Shown here: one piece after another, positions 16,623-31,289 of the stretch | How the letters are laid out: every line of letters starts with the position of its first letter | Numbering within the stretch: the stretch's first letter is position 1 | DNA from: the human T2T-CHM13v2.0 reference genome, Homo sapiens | Strand: one strand, 5' to 3' | Assembly (NCBI RefSeq): GCF_009914755.1 | Contig: NC_060927.1 | DNA: 64,000 nucleotides | Program-made: the position numbers and the translations under genes | Notes under the pieces: model-generated | Seen by the model: only the letters and a program-made list of their open reading frames with translations | Database searches by the model: none | What the model was told of the DNA's origin: nothing

Positions 16623-16938
16623 TTTCTTTTTTTTTCTTTTTTAATTATTATTATACTTTAAGTTCTGGGATACATGTGCAGAACTTTCAGGTTTGTTACA
16701 TAGGTATACACGTGCCATGGTGGTTTGCTGCACCCATCAACCTGTCATCTACATCAGGTATTTCTCCTAATGCTATCCCTTCCCCAGACCCCCACTCCCC
16801 AACAGGCCCCAGTGTGTGATGTTCCCCTTCCTGTGTCCATGTGTTCTCATTGTTCAGCTTCCACTTATGAGTGAGAACATGCGGTGTTTGGTCTTCTGTT
16901 CTTGTGTTAGTTTGCTGAGAATGATGGTTTTCAGCTTC
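16623..16938 (-). mobile_element. L1PA7-like 3' end
   Basis: TTATACTTTAAGTTCTGGGATACATGTGCAGAAC...GAGAATGATGGTTTTCAGCTTC. Confidence 0.9.
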
Positions 16939-17473
16939 TTTTTAAAAAGATTCCACATAAAAGTGAAATCACACAAAAAAAGGAATTTCAGAAAAACTAA
17001 AAAATTGAATTAATATACTGTCATAGGAAAAAACAGAATTTCCAAGAGGAGTGGGGGAAAATAATAGTATCAGAAATATAATAATAATAGATCTTTTTCC
17101 TGTGGAAAATAGTACATAGAAATAGAAAGTACTGAAAAGGAGAATCAGAAAAGATTATGGCTCCAGAATCACATTATCTTCTACAGTTTGAAGAAAAAAA
17201 AATGTGGCTAAAAGAAAAAAAGTATTTCCATTACACACCTTTTATAATGACTAGAATAAAAAAATACTAATATCAAGTATTGACAAGGATATTGACAAGG
17301 ATATGGAGCTACTGAAACTCTTATACATTGCCAGTGGGAATGCAAAACTGGAAATTACCCAAATGTCTTTCAGTGAATTAATGGTAAATGATCTTCTGTA
17401 TATCCATACAAAGGAACACTACTTAGCAATAAAAAAGAAACAAATCGTGAAACATGCAATGATATGAAAGAAT

Positions 17474-17772
17474 ATTTTATTTTATTTTTTTAAAGACAGG
17501 GTCTCACTCTATTGCCCAGACTAAAGTGCATGATCATGGTTCACTGCAGTCTCAACCTCCCTGGCTGAAGTGATCCTCCTGCCTCAGCCTCCCAAGTAGC
17601 TGGAACCACAGGTGCACATCACCATGCCTAGTCAATTAAAAATTTTTTTTCCTTAGAGACAGGGTCTCCCTGTGTTGTCCAGGCTGGTTTCGAATTCCTG
17701 GGCTCAAGCATTCCTCCTCCCTTGGCCTCCCAAACTGCTGGAACTCCAGGCATGAGCTAACCATACCCAGCC
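17474..17772 (-). mobile_element. AluJ
   Basis: AGACAGGGTCTC, CCTGGGCTCAAG and high divergence typical of AluJ. Confidence 0.9.
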
Positions 17773-17825
17773 ATGAATGAGTCTTAATGCATCAAGCTGA
17801 GTGAAAGAAGCCAGTCTTAAAAGGT

Positions 17826-17850
17826 TATATATATATATATATATATATAT

Positions 17851-17889
<39 letters not shown>

Positions 17890-17999
17890 CATATATATAC
17901 GTGTGTACACATATATACACGTATATACACATATATATACACATATATACATATATATCCATTTATATGACACGTATACATATATATCCATTTATATGA
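17826..17999. repeat. Compound (TA)n(CA)n microsatellite
   Basis: TA run, CA run, then mixed TATACA units with a duplicated ATATATCCATTTATATGAC. Confidence 0.95.
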
Positions 18000-18669
18000 C
18001 AACTCTTGGAAAGACAAAACTATAATGATAAAAAGATCTGTGGTTGCCATGAGTTAGTGGTGAGAGGATGGATAAAGGAAGAAGTTCTTCAGTGTGATGG
18101 AACTCTTTCATATTCTGATAGTGGTGGTGGTGCTTGTTACATAAATCTATATATATGTTAAAATTCATAGAACTGTATACCAAGAAGTTTATTAATGTCA
18201 GTAAAAATATTCAACATTTTCAGAGGAAAAAAGGGAGTAACTGATTACATATTGAATTATTGGAAAATACAGGCTCAAATAAAGCCATGGTTTCTCCTAC
18301 TAATAAGATAATTTGGTAAGAGATAACACTGTTGATGAAAAAGAAACCTGCAGTTCTACCTCCCTGCCATTAGTTGACCAAAATGAGAATGTCTAACATA
18401 GCTACAAATTTAAATAATTCTCTGCTTGTTTAAAACATAGTCTCTAATAGTTCATTACAGTCATTACTGCCTGTTAATCAAGGATAACACTAGTATTTGA
18501 ATTTTGTAAGTATGACAGCAAGGTAAAGACTGTTACTTAAGCCAATAAATTACCATATTTCATAAAAATCTAATGATTCTGTGAACAGACTATGTAGTTC
18601 AATTTTTCTTCTAAACCCTGTAACTGCAATGTATTTTCACTGATATTTTTAAAGAGTTTTCAAAGGTAC

Positions 18670-19085
18670 ATTTTTTTATTGTGGTAAAATATATATTAAA
18701 AATTGACCATTTTAACCATTTTTAAGTGTACAGTTCAGTGGCATTATGTATACTCACACTGTTATGCAAGTATCAAAACCACCTCCATCTCTAGAACATT
18801 TTAACTTTTCCATATTCAAACTGTGTAACCATTACATAATAATCCCATTTCCCCTTCCTCCTAGCCCCTGGTAACCTCTATTCTACTTTCTGTCTCTAGG
18901 AATTTGACTATACTAGGTACTTACTCGGCACAATGCATTAAAGTTTTATCCATGCTATAGCATATGTCAGAATTTTATTTCTTTTTAAGGAGGAATAATA
19001 TTCCATTCTATGTATGGACCACATTTTGTTAATCCATTTGTCCATTCATGGACATTTGGATTGTTTTCACCTTTTGGCTATCAAC
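18670..19085 (-). mobile_element. L1MB-like 3' end
   Basis: TTTATTGTGGTAAAATAT...TTTAAGTGTACAGTTCAGTGGCATT...CACCTTTTGGCTAT. Confidence 0.85.
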
Positions 19086-19210
19086 TGTGCATTCCTTTTG
19101 ACATTATTGTCAGCCACCAGTTTTTTCCTCACTAGTCAGACTCAAGTCATATTCTGACACTCTTTAGGAATATAGGACATTTCATTTACAATAGTTAGGT
19201 TTAAACAGGA

Positions 19211-19574
19211 TGTATTCATTTGCTCTCACACTACTAATAAAGATGTACCCAAGACTGGGTAATTATTTAAAAAAGAGGTTTAATGGACTCACAGTTCCAC
19301 ATGGCTGGTGAGGCCTCACAATCATGGCAGAAAGTGAAGGAGGAGCAAAGACATGTCTTATATGGAGGCAGGCAAGAGAGTGTGTGTGTAGGGGAACTAC
19401 CCTTTATAAAACCATCAGATCTCATGAGACTTATTCACTATCATGAGAACAGCACAGGAAAAACCGCCCCTGTGATTCAAGTACCTCCCACTGGGTGCCT
19501 CACACAACACACGAAGATTATGGGAGCTACACTTCAAGATGAGATTTGGGTAGGGACAGAGCCAAACCATATCA
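19211..19574 (-). mobile_element. THE1 (MaLR) solo LTR
   Basis: TGTATT...ATGGACTCACAGTTCCACATGGCTGG...GAGCCAAACCATATCA. Confidence 0.92.
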
Positions 19575-22500
19575 GGGGACCTTTCAAGTTTGGTCACAAG
19601 GTCTAATTAATTATTTTCATGCATAGGATCTAAAGAGCAATTGTATATTTATCAACTTATGTGTTCAAATTTGGTCATTAGCTTAACATATGTGTTTGTA
19701 TGCATGTCACATGCATATCTGTGTGATGATACATAGAGCTGTATTATGCATAATGTTAAAGCTTTATTATTGTCTGGTTAGAGAAGCAGTCACTATCCAG
19801 AAAAATGGTTTCCAATGTGAAGAAGCATGTTAAATTTGACTTCACTGAATTGAAAATTTTAAGATGAAACAGGAGTTGGGTTCCTATAAGCGGTTAGCGT
19901 GCAACTAGACTCCATCTTTTAACAACCAAAGCAGAACATCTGGGTGGGTCCAATGCATTAACATTTTAAAAAAACTTTATAGGTTTTAATATGCAGCTAG
20001 AATTAGGAACCTCTGAGACAAAATGATCCTGAGTTGGGGGAGCTAAGAGTAAACAAGTGAAGGTAATTTTAAAAGCCGGTTAGGGCCTGGAGCATACTGA
20101 GATGAAGGGAAGAGAAATTTAGAATTATAAATAGCAAAAGATCCACTCAAGCTAGAAAAGATTAAGTATCCTTTTAGAGTTAAGAGTAGAAGAGGCATCA
20201 GTTACAAGGATAATTAATATCTAGATTATAAGGATCTGCTATTATAAAACTTATACTAGAACAAAAGTCATGAAAATGGTCTGCGGAAGTCATGAGGTGA
20301 GAAGAAGATAAACAGGTAAATATTTAAGCAGATTATAGAGTTCTGGAAATGTCATCAAGTCTCTTGATTGTGTATATTTTTGTTCCATTTAAACACTTGT
20401 CCTGAGGTTTATAAGTGAAACATGATGTAATTTATCATCTAAGTAAACATTTATCTTATACACCAAAGCACGGTGAATACACACACACAAACACACACAC
20501 ACTCATACACACAGACATTTTCATTAACAAGAACTAGTACCAACTACAGCTCAGGAAATATTTGTTGATTAAATGAATCAGTCTGCTTACAGTATGCATT
20601 TTCTTTTGTGCTGCAGAAGTTGCAATACAAATGAAACTAAAACTTCTGTGTGCTGATTACTTTTCTCAGTCTGCTTATCTGAGAATTAAAGAATTTTTAA
20701 AACAATTTTATGTATTAATTTGCAAACTTCTTTAATAATAGATGTTCATTGTAACTGGTGAAACAATAAAAGCTATTTAAAGAAAAAATTAATAATCTTT
20801 CCTGATTCCTTTTTTTGTTCCCAACTCTGTGAAATAACCAATGTGAAGAATATGGTATGAATTATTTTCTATAGCTTTCTTCATGTTCATATAAACATAC
20901 GCAACATATTTATTCATAAATACTCATTACCCTGAAAATTATGGTCATTCTTCCAGGTTAACAGCTATAGATATAATTCATTCTTTTCCTAATGGCTGCA
21001 TTATCTTCAATAACATGGATGAATCATCTGTCCATATCATATGATATGCATGTAGTCCAATTCATGAAATCAGTATACTTTTTTTTTCTTTTTTTACAAA
21101 TTTTACTAAAAGTATTACTAAATTTTTACACAGGATGCTCAACAAACACTGAAGACCTATCTGGTACCAGCTTTGGTGACCAAGAAAGAAAATCAGTGAG
21201 GTACTCCTGGTTTTTTGCCCTCCAGAAAGTCACTGACTATCATAGGGGAGACATAACAGTAAGTTTTTTTTTTTTTTAATTTGAGAGAAACTTCTCAGAG
21301 AATTTATAGTAACAAATGCTTTTAAAGCAACTATTTAAAAGAAGTAATATATCACTAGCAATTCATTCTTCATTGTTTCCAATGCATGATCAGTATTTAG
21401 TAGCAACAGAAGACTTCCCTATATGATGACTCAAAAACAAATTTCCAACCACTAAGAACTCAGATAAAGGACCTTACTCTTGAGACCTCAAAGTGATTTA
21501 CATTTCCACTAGTACTTCTATTGTAATATATGATATTTATAAACTAGCCTTATTCCATGGAACTCTAAATATTTAATGCTTCACATATATCATTTGACTT
21601 TTCTGCATGTGTCATTAAGATAGGAGAAAGTGTCCCCTACAGATAAGGAAAATGATGTTAAGACAAAACTGACAACACCTGAATCAAGTCTCCAGATAGC
21701 CCCATACTCTTTCCTTCCAATTATACTTGCTGCCTTGCTAGTGGTAAGCAATGATAACGTAGACAGTATTATGTCATCAATTAGAGAGTCTCACTTAGCT
21801 TGATATAATCAGTTTTTATTTAAAAATGAGAGCTTTCCATGCAAACTGTTTTTCTATCTTCTAAAAGGCTTGTGACTAAAACTTCACTGACAAGTTTTTC
21901 AGGTGAGATGAGTGTAGGTTAACTACTGAGCAGCCAGAGTCTAGTCAGGCCCCTCACACTTTCCAGTGCTACAAGAAGATGAGCAGATGTGGGGTTAGAT
22001 GTGGAACCCAGGTTCATAGCTGTACCTGCCAACCCTAACCTAGAGAAGGGAAGAGAACACTGATGGTAACAATGGCAACAGTAACAATGCTACGCATCTA
22101 TCACTTATTGATTATCTAACAAAGTCTTAAAATATCAAGTAATGTAAGCAAAGAACAATTCAGTGAAATTTTAGCAAAGGTTAGGCAAATTTTATATGGT
22201 CAAGATAGTACATTTGCAAACAAGTAGAAGACCTTGTCAAAAATCTAAATCTTCTAATATCCAGTAACTCTCTTGTCTGAGCCAATTTATTTTCCTACAT
22301 CTTTGAAGACATTTTATTAAAAAGGTTATAACTGAGAATTCGACAGTAATCAGAAGAGTGATCTTCATTCTGTATTCAGTGTCTCTTGACCCCCTGAAAG
22401 AATCTCAGCTCAGCATGGCTTCCTCCCTTTTCCAGTTGACTCAGAGAACGGTGCTTTCAAATTGCCTTTTGGGATACATGAAGGGGTGCATTTAGAGCCA

Positions 22501-23335
22501 ACCTGAAGTGTAACACTCTTTATTGTTCCTGAGAAACGTGTGCCCAATTCCCTAGAAATTTACTGTTTCAAAGAGTCACAAGCTCCTGATTGCTTCTCAT
22601 CAGTCTTGAAGAGATTAGATAAGCTTCCTCCCTCTTACAAAAGCTTTTTCTTCATTCAAAATTCCTTTGAGAACAAAACATTGAACCAGAATTGGATTTT
22701 TAACAAAATATTATAAGATTGTTGAAAACATTTTTTTTTCTCCTGAGGAGACCAAACAATTCAAAAGATATATTAATGCACATTCTGATTTAGGGCTACT
22801 AGCAACATATTGCAAAGAGTAAGGTGGTGCCAAAGAACAAAGTCCCTTCTGCTAAGCAGGAAAGATATTTTTTAACTGCCTTACTTTAGAAGATTTCAAT
22901 GGACTGCTAAGGGCTTTCACACAGATAATCTCAGAAGTCAAAGCTCAAGAAGTAGGGGGAAGAAACAACTACTGGAGGACCCTAACAGGTAGCATCGCTT
23001 CTAATTACCGTAAAATTGTTATGTATACTGATGCCCCACATCCCATTCCCAGACTCAGATAATTATTCTACAGTAAGAGTTGGCTTTAGAATACTTGTTC
23101 AAGTGTGTCAGTAATAGAAAATGACCTCTTCAGAAATGGGGGTGTTTACATGCAGTGCTCCTAAAGTTGGCACACATGGAAGGTAATTCAGGGTTATGTT
23201 TGCAGTGGCACCCATCATCAGCAATGTTTCAACCCCCGTCCATCTCTCTGTCCTGGTTTTACCAAGGGATTCACTTCAAATGTATTCCTCACTGGTCTTT
23301 AGAAAACAGTGCTAGCAATTCATAAGTATGTTTGA

Positions 23336-23681
<346 letters not shown>

Positions 23682-24284
23682 TGATAGCAGCAATAAGGCT
23701 GAGTACCTTCATAGGCCTTTACCTCTGATCACACTATAAGGCTTTAATTAAGTTAGTCTTAAGAAGAAAAATGTACACCAAACCCCAATTATTAAACATT
23801 GGAATTATTCCTTCTTATTGGTCTAATAATTACAATTTTTTACTTCTCATTCATTTTTCAAAGGTTTTTTTCAGTAGATCTAGGTTATTGGAACGATTAT
23901 ATGTGATATGATGGGGTATTGGGCACAGACACAGTAAATCAAGATGATGCAGAAATGAAAGTCTAATGCTAAAGATCTTACCAATCTTCCCAGATCCCCA
24001 TTTTTCAAAGGAGGAAATGTATAGAGGACATTACATTTATTTCCAGCCATTATGATATAATTATAAAGCCAACCTCTCAACGCACTCTCTCTTTTTGGGA
24101 AGTCTATGACAGCAGGTATTACAATTCTACTTTGCCAGATGAGGTGCGTAAACCATAGAAAACTAACTAGCATCCAAGAGAAGAACAGACTTGGATGTGG
24201 GTAGAATAATAGGAAGAACACTTACAGTCAGATATATCAGAGTATGAATGCAGGCTCAAGCTTTTTTCCACTAAAATGTATACA

Positions 24285-25060
24285 GCAATGTAATCTCACT
24301 GAGCCTCAGTTTCTGATACTGTGAACTAAAGATTATGACATCAATCTACAGTCAATGCTGTGAGAATTAAATGTGAAGAGTTTTATGGAGAGGGCATCTG
24401 CTAAATGTAACTATTTTTCTTACCCTCCTAAATTTTTTCAGTCTTTTAGACATTTGGGCTATTAGAGAACTAATGACCTCTGTGACCACACTAGCTTAGG
24501 CTATAACTAAATGCAACAGATTTAAAAACACCAAGCAGGAGATAGCACAGAGTTTGAATCAGTGAGGTCTAATAGTAATACAAACCTCACTTACTGGCTT
24601 TGCAATTTTAGATGCTACTTAATCGTTCTGGGGCTCAGTTTTTTCATTATAAAATGGGAATGGTTCCTACTTTGCTGGGTAGTTGCTGAGTGTGGTAGCA
24701 AGGATTACAGACAACTCTTTATACAGTATCTGGTATATTAGGTAAATGGATTGTAATATATATTGTTCAGATTTTTTATTAATTAAGGTTTGTACATAGA
24801 CTCATCTCCTGCACTTAATATTTCTTTTTCTACACAAGACCTTGAAAGGGTTATGATAGGGGCTTTGATCACATATTAGCTGGTTTGGCTGTGGTAATTT
24901 AGCTCCTGAGTATTGGGATTACAGTACCAGCCCCTGCCATTGACTATTTAACTATGACTTGGATAGGAATTCTAGGCCTGAATTTTGTTCGTCTCCAAAA
25001 TGAAGAGGTTAGAATAAATAATTCCTAAGATTCCCTGTCGCTATAACATTTTCTGGTTCC
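24285..25060 (+). mobile_element. Cluster of degraded MIR fragments
   Basis: CTGAGCCTCAGTTTC (24300), GGGCTCAGTTTTTTCATTATAAAATGGG (24630), TATGACTTGG...AAAATGAAGAGGTTAGAATAAATA (24955-25020). Confidence 0.55.
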
Positions 25061-25849
25061 AGGGTCTTTTTACTGAGCTATAGCAGATAAATCCTCATAT
25101 CTTTAGAGCTTAAGCTACTTCTCTATGGTTTAATTTCCACATTCCCTCTACTCTATTTCTTCTTTAATTGCAAAAGGGGATAATTTCCATCACTTTGCAA
25201 ACAAACCAATATCTCTATTCTGGCTTAGTGGCATACCATGTTATTAATGCATCATACTTAAAAAAAGCCTGGATTGTTCTTCAATCCAGAAATCCAGTCA
25301 TGTTGTAGGTAGTAATAATGAGAATAATGATGATTTATTTTCAAGGTTTTCTATGCCTCCAGGTGCCCGGTCATTGCACATGATAAAATACACCAAAATT
25401 AAAAATGAGATTAAGGTTTAACAGATAAAAAATACATTCTAGGAACAAAACACATTTTTGGTATGCATCTCTACATTACACAACAGCCACTTAAAAATAA
25501 ACAAAAACAAGAAATCCGTTAACCAACAACAGAATTTTAATAATTATTAACTAGAAAGAAAATAAAATTAACTTGACCTTATCTTAGAAGGTTGTCAGAG
25601 ATCTACTCTGTTTATGCAAGTGAGAAATATGTTTTGAATTATAAGACCTCTATTTCAGAAGTCCAAGCTCTCCTCAAACTCAGAGGTAAACCTTCAGGAA
25701 GGATTTAAAATAAATGTATGGATTTTGTTAGCATGTGTATATTATTTACCTTTGAATTAATTTTGATCTTGTCCTATTCTTGAGCTATCCTTCAATTGGT
25801 ATTTTTGTGTGTATCTACTATGTGCTTTCCCACTGCATTCAAAATAAAA

Positions 25850-26340
25850 TTAAAATTCCTCACTCTGGCATTTCTCTGACCACACCTCCAGCCATTCTGC
25901 TTTGCTCACTTTGCTCTGGCCACTCTGAAGTCCTTTTAGTTCTTTGAATACAGAAAGTCTGATTCAAAGCTTTGCATTTGAATACAGGATTTTGTATATG
26001 CAGTTTCTGTCTGGAGCTTTCTCCCCTCCCATACTCCGTTCTCTACCCCAAATTCTTCACCTGGCTGATATTATTTTCTGTCCTTCAATGTTCAAATCAA
26101 AGGACACTCTCTCTGAGAATTCTGTCCTGAACACCCAAAGGACAGTATAAGAGATTTCCCCCACTCAATGTTGTCTTGCATACATAACACTTTATGTGGA
26201 CCACAGCTTGTAATGTTGTAATTATGTTTGCACTTATTACATGTCTAATTTCCTTAGGAGACTATCAATTTCATGATGAAGGTCTAAGGGATCATTTCTA
26301 TATTTCTACTATTAAATATAGTTGAATAATGAATCAATGA
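25850..26340 (+). mobile_element. Degraded L2 3' fragment
   Basis: GCTCACTTTGCTCTGGCCAC...GCTTTGCATTTG; ends TAAATATAGTTGAATAATGAAT. Confidence 0.55.
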
Positions 26341-26495
26341 TTCTATTGTGGTAGACTCAGTAGGGCTAAGAAATGTTAATTAAATATGGACTATTCCCTT
26401 AAAATTTTGTTTTCTAGTAAAGGAATAAGGCATACACATAAAGTGCTATAAAATATAGAAAGTAATTCCTGTCTCAATAAAAGTGTAGATGAGTA

Positions 26496-26625
26496 TTGCA
26501 TTAGTTTCTTAGAGCTGTTGTGACAAGCTACCACAAGCTTGTTGGCTTATAAATAATACCCAATATTTATTATCTCACAGTTTTGGAGGCTACAAGTCCA
26601 AAATCAAGTTGTCAGCAGGGTCACT
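26496..26625 (-). mobile_element. MLT1 LTR 3' fragment
   Basis: TGCATTAGTTTCTTAGAGCTG...TATTATCTCACAGTTTTGGAGGCTACAAGTCCAAAATCAAG. Confidence 0.8.
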
Positions 26626-29600
26626 ACAGGTGGTAAGTAAATTTGATAGTTAGGGGAGAGTGGATTGTTTCTGTCCAGGTCAAGGAAAGAAGGATTCATG
26701 AAATTCATAACATTGGAAATGAACTTGGTAGGATGGGTTGGATTTGCATATGAAAAAATTGAATGATGGACATTCCAGATGCTGGAACAATATGAATAAA
26801 GGTGAGTAAGAGAACTCGGCCTGAGTTTATAGTACATACAACCCGGTAGGTGACAATTAACTAAGAAATGGGATCAGAGTTAGATTTTAGGATGTCATGT
26901 ATATTGATTAGGGATTGTTATACACAGAATTATTGAAAGTTTTATCTGAACAAAGGCGACATAATCTTAGTACTCCTATATTAGGAAAGTTAATGGGGCA
27001 GCAGTGTTTAGGATAAACTGATCTCCCTGCTCCATCTCTTTCAATTAGGAGATTTTTGTAAGCAAGAGAAGATAAAATCCTGACTGGAACAGGTATCAAA
27101 GAAAGAGAATAAATGAGACTTGGCCACTTACTGGACATCTAGGATGTATTAAGAGGAGGAAAGAATGATATATTTTGAGTAAAGATGTCCTAGAGAATTG
27201 GAGTTAGAGAAGCTAGGATAGTCAAAAGCAGGATGGTTTTTAAGTAGAAGAATAAATTAAGTTTTGATATGCTGACTCAGAGAAACTAGTGTGATTTCTA
27301 GTTGAAGATTTAAATAAGGATGTTGGAAATATAGGACTAAAGTTCTGAAGACATATCAGGACTGGAGATATAAATTTCTGAGTTATCCATAGTGAAATAA
27401 TTGAAGTCATGTAACTCTGAGAAGCTGTGTCAAGTCATGAGAAGAGTATGAATGTGGAGTATGACAGATGTGATCACATCCTGTGTCTACTATTTACCTG
27501 TTGTATATCCTGGGGCAAATTGCTTAACTCCACCATTTTCTCATATATAAGGAAGAAAATAATTTTATCCCTTAATTAGGATTACATGAGTTAAATATTT
27601 AAAAGCTCTGTCATGTTTAAGCTGCTTTTATATTTTGGTGCATAATTCTCATAAGAAATACACTTATTTTGCCATCTAGTATCTTAAAAATATGTGATGT
27701 GCTTTAAAAAATATTTATTTTCCTGTGATTCTAGTATATGTGATCTTTTAAACTTTCATGACCTACTAATGCGTTGCAACCCACACTTTGGAAAACTGAT
27801 CCTCCCATACATTATGGTTCTCATCCAATTCCTCCTCTAGTCACTGTCCCCAACAAGCATTCTATGTTGAAATCACACCAATACTATCAATGTTCTCCTG
27901 ACTTTCATTTATTACTCCCTTTTCATAGGCTTCTTGCTAGTATCACATTATTCCTTCATGGCCTAGAAAAAAATGATAACCATTTACTTCCTCTGCTATT
28001 CCATATAATGTTTTGTCTATAAGAAAGATGCGATTTTCCCAGATAAATTATGAATTCCTTAATAACAGAAAATATGTGTTATTTATCTGTGTATCTTGGT
28101 AAAATATTTTGTTATAGGAGGCACAGAACATTAATTCATTATTATAAAGGAAAGGGAGAAGAGGTTTGAAGAGAGAACTTTGTTGAACATCTACATCTAG
28201 GACCCTGCTCTGGTATCACCATGTCTCGATTCCTCCTTCTCTATATGCCAAAGCTTCCATGGAATTTTTAAAGGGCAGAACTATTGTCTCTTTGTCTTTG
28301 AGGCACAAAGACTTAAGGCCACTAACTTTCAGTACATGGTGGAGAGAGGGAAGACCTGGATGGGTTAAAATAAAGGAAGAAACTAGAAAATGTCCAGAAT
28401 TTAGCTTTGGGTAAAATAACAGGTTTTTACCGTAGCCTCTTTGGATTGGTAAATGACAGAATCCAATGAAAGCAATGTGAAACAAATGACCAGAGCAAGT
28501 AATTCATTTTAAAATATTAAAGCTTATTTCTTTTTTTTTCTGACTCTGGAAAACTTTTCTCTGATGGAAATGACCCCTGGCAACAGTGACATTCTGACAC
28601 CATGCGTCGTACACACCCTTGGGAAGTTTGAATTCCACACCACTATGGTTCTGTTCAGATTACTGGTTTCATCATGTCTGTAAGCCCAATTAAACTACTG
28701 AAGTTCTAATGGTCTTATGTCCACTTTGTAAATCATCATAAAGAATATTAAGTCAACCAAATAAATTTGCCTCTACAGGACTCGTTGCTCAACCAAAGGC
28801 ATGATACTAGGAACAAAATTAAAAAACAAAAAAACAAAAAAACAAAAAAAACACACAAAAAAACCTCTTTTGATAACAACCAATGTTTTCAGGATACTCC
28901 TTTATATATGAATTTGAGATTCTGATGAAGGGGACTACAATTCAACAAGTCTCAAAAAATGAGCCCAAGGCAATTTGCTCCTCAGGAAACATTGCTTAGA
29001 CCCTGATTGTAGTGGAAAGATTGAAGCCTCAGATTGTAAATTCAGATAGACTATCACGTCTAGGTCTCTAAGGATGATCTGCGATGGTGGTCAATATGGT
29101 TTGTGTAACCTTTGTGCCCTACCCTGTGCCTCAATTTGCTTATTTAAAAATGAAGTCACTAGACTTTGTTTCTTACATCCTTTCCCACTATAATGTTTGG
29201 TGATGCTCTGCCCTTACATTTGCCTAAACTTTTCAATCTTAAAATATATAAAATGTTTTTATAAAATTCTTTTATGTCCTTAAATGTTATTGAACATGAT
29301 AACAGTAGAATTCACTAAGCCTAAATTTCATCATTTTAATATTGCCTCAGAGGTCAAGTTTTATGAGAGCCTTAATTTGCATCACCAGAAGCTCATTTAA
29401 TAAAAATGAAAGAATCCCTTTTGGAAATAAATTTTAAAAACTGATGGTGGGGAAGAGGGGCAGATAAATGTATGTAAAAAAGAAAAAAAAACAACTTAGA
29501 AGGTGTCAAATGGTTCTGAGTTCTAAAGAATATTGTGGTCATATTAGTGTTGAAAAGTTGGTCCTAGCTTTTTATGCACTAAAAGTACATTCTGCTAATG

Positions 29601-31242
29601 GTTCCTTCCCAAATCCCTGGCCTCTTGACCCAATACTTATTGTACCACTTGTCCCATTTCCCTGAAACAAAATCTATAATATGGCAAGACGAACTGAGGT
29701 ATCAGAGCATCATCTACCCTGGAATTGGGCATATTTATTTGTGGAGTTGATTCTAGTGTGTGGGATATAAAACACACAACTTAAGTGGAAAAATGCTGAA
29801 GACCATTTCATAGGTGAAAAGGATGTGGTATGAATGGTCAATTCTCACTTTGGTCAGGAAAAAGAAGTGTAAAGTCAATGAGGTAAGGGGCTGGGAGATG
29901 GATACCTCGTATGATATGATAAGCAGAAAGGTTGTGTTTGGCAAATTCCTTTATCATCTTCTTCCTGACTGTCAAAAACTGTATTCAACCTGTGTTTACA
30001 ATAAATATTCTCTGACAGAATGAACCCTGGATTTCTGACTTTTAAAAAGTTTTGAAATTAAACTAATAGCAGCTATTTCATGATTACCTATTATTGTGCC
30101 AAGGGTTAGAAATTACAAAAATGAGTAAGAAAGAGAGAGCCCCTGCTCTTAGAGACCTTACTGTCTGTGGGTTTGAACTGTTGTAGTTATGACAACAATA
30201 ACAATAACTATCATTTATTCACTCATACCAGCCAGGCACCATGCTCAGTGGGCAACATACACAAAGTGCCAAAGTCTCCTTCATTTCACCAGATGCAATC
30301 ACAGTAAGGTAACCTTGCTCTGTCCGTGCATCATCGCTTAACAAAAATGAACTTAGCAGGAATTCAGACCATAGGCAGAGACATATAAGCAACTCCAGAA
30401 CTGTCTACTGTCAACACACAAGAACTACAGTCAATAAAGAGTGCAATGAACTACAGTGAAAATGGAAGCAATTGTCTGAATCACCTTTAGTGTACTCTGT
30501 TGACTGGGGGCTGTGACACTCTAAAAACCACGATACAGTAGACTCCACATCTGGCATTCCAACAATAGAAGGGTAAGTGTTTTAAGACTCTTAGCGAAAG
30601 AACTTGCAATACATTAAACTGTAAAACTGAGGAAGACATCATAAGCTTCTGGATTTTATTACCAAAATGTACATTTTGATCTAAAATTAAAAATAAAAAC
30701 AGATTGACTTTCCTTGTAGTATTTCACAACCTTTGAGTGCAGCATTAAAAATGCTTTTCTTTTTTTTCTTCACCAACTATAAGCTTCTGTTTTCTTACCC
30801 TGGGCGTCTGAATCTTTTATATGCTTGGGTTCTATTCACTGCCTGTTATTCAGACGTTGAAATCCCAAATGTTAATTGTTCTTCCAAGTACATTGACAAA
30901 ACAGCAGCTAAATAAGGGTAGACCAGACTGTGGTAGACTCTGACATGCATTTATGGAACAATGGGGCTCTGAGAGACAGCCTTGTAGCTCACGGGAAGAC
31001 ATAAGATGTGCTATTTTGACTGCTTCGTAGCAGAATGGGGAACACACGCACACAAGGGAATTATGCATTTTACTTAGTTTTGCCCAAAGTCCTCAAGGCA
31101 ACAGAATCTTGTGATGTCATCATGAACTTTCTTTCTCTCCATTTCCATTGACACAAAGGCTAAAAATTTCTAATGACATCACAAAGGAAAATGAAATCTA
31201 CTTTGATTCCAAAAGAAATCTTTTACCTTCAGTGAGACTAGT

Positions 31243-31289
31243 AAAAATAAAATAAAATAAAATAAAATAAAATAAAATAAAATAAAAAA
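31243..31289. repeat. (TAAAA)n pentanucleotide repeat
   Basis: About 8 units. Confidence 0.95.

Larger units (their letters stand above)
16128..16972 (-). mobile_element. Old L1M (L1MA/MB) 3' end, split at about 16490 by a younger L1PA cassette
   Basis: TTTTATTGAGGTAAAACTGACA...CCTGGCAATCACCATT; resumes at AGATTCCACATAAAAGTGAAATCA (about 16949). Confidence 0.75.
17225..18195 (+). mobile_element. Old L1M (MC/ME-like) 3' fragment interrupted by AluJ and microsatellite
   Basis: GACAAGGATATGGAG...ATTGCCAGTGGGAATGCAAAA; GAGTGAAAGAAGCCAGTC; AAAATTCATAGAACTGTATAC. Confidence 0.75.

Noticed and set aside
17704-18050. Tyr/Ile/His/Thr-repeat ORFs
   Set aside because: Translation of the (TA)n(CA)n microsatellite
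23975-24230. Strong minus-strand donor motifs (TTG|GTAAGA near 23981, CT|GTAAGT near 24225)
   Set aside because: No convincing acceptor at exon distance; such motifs are common by chance
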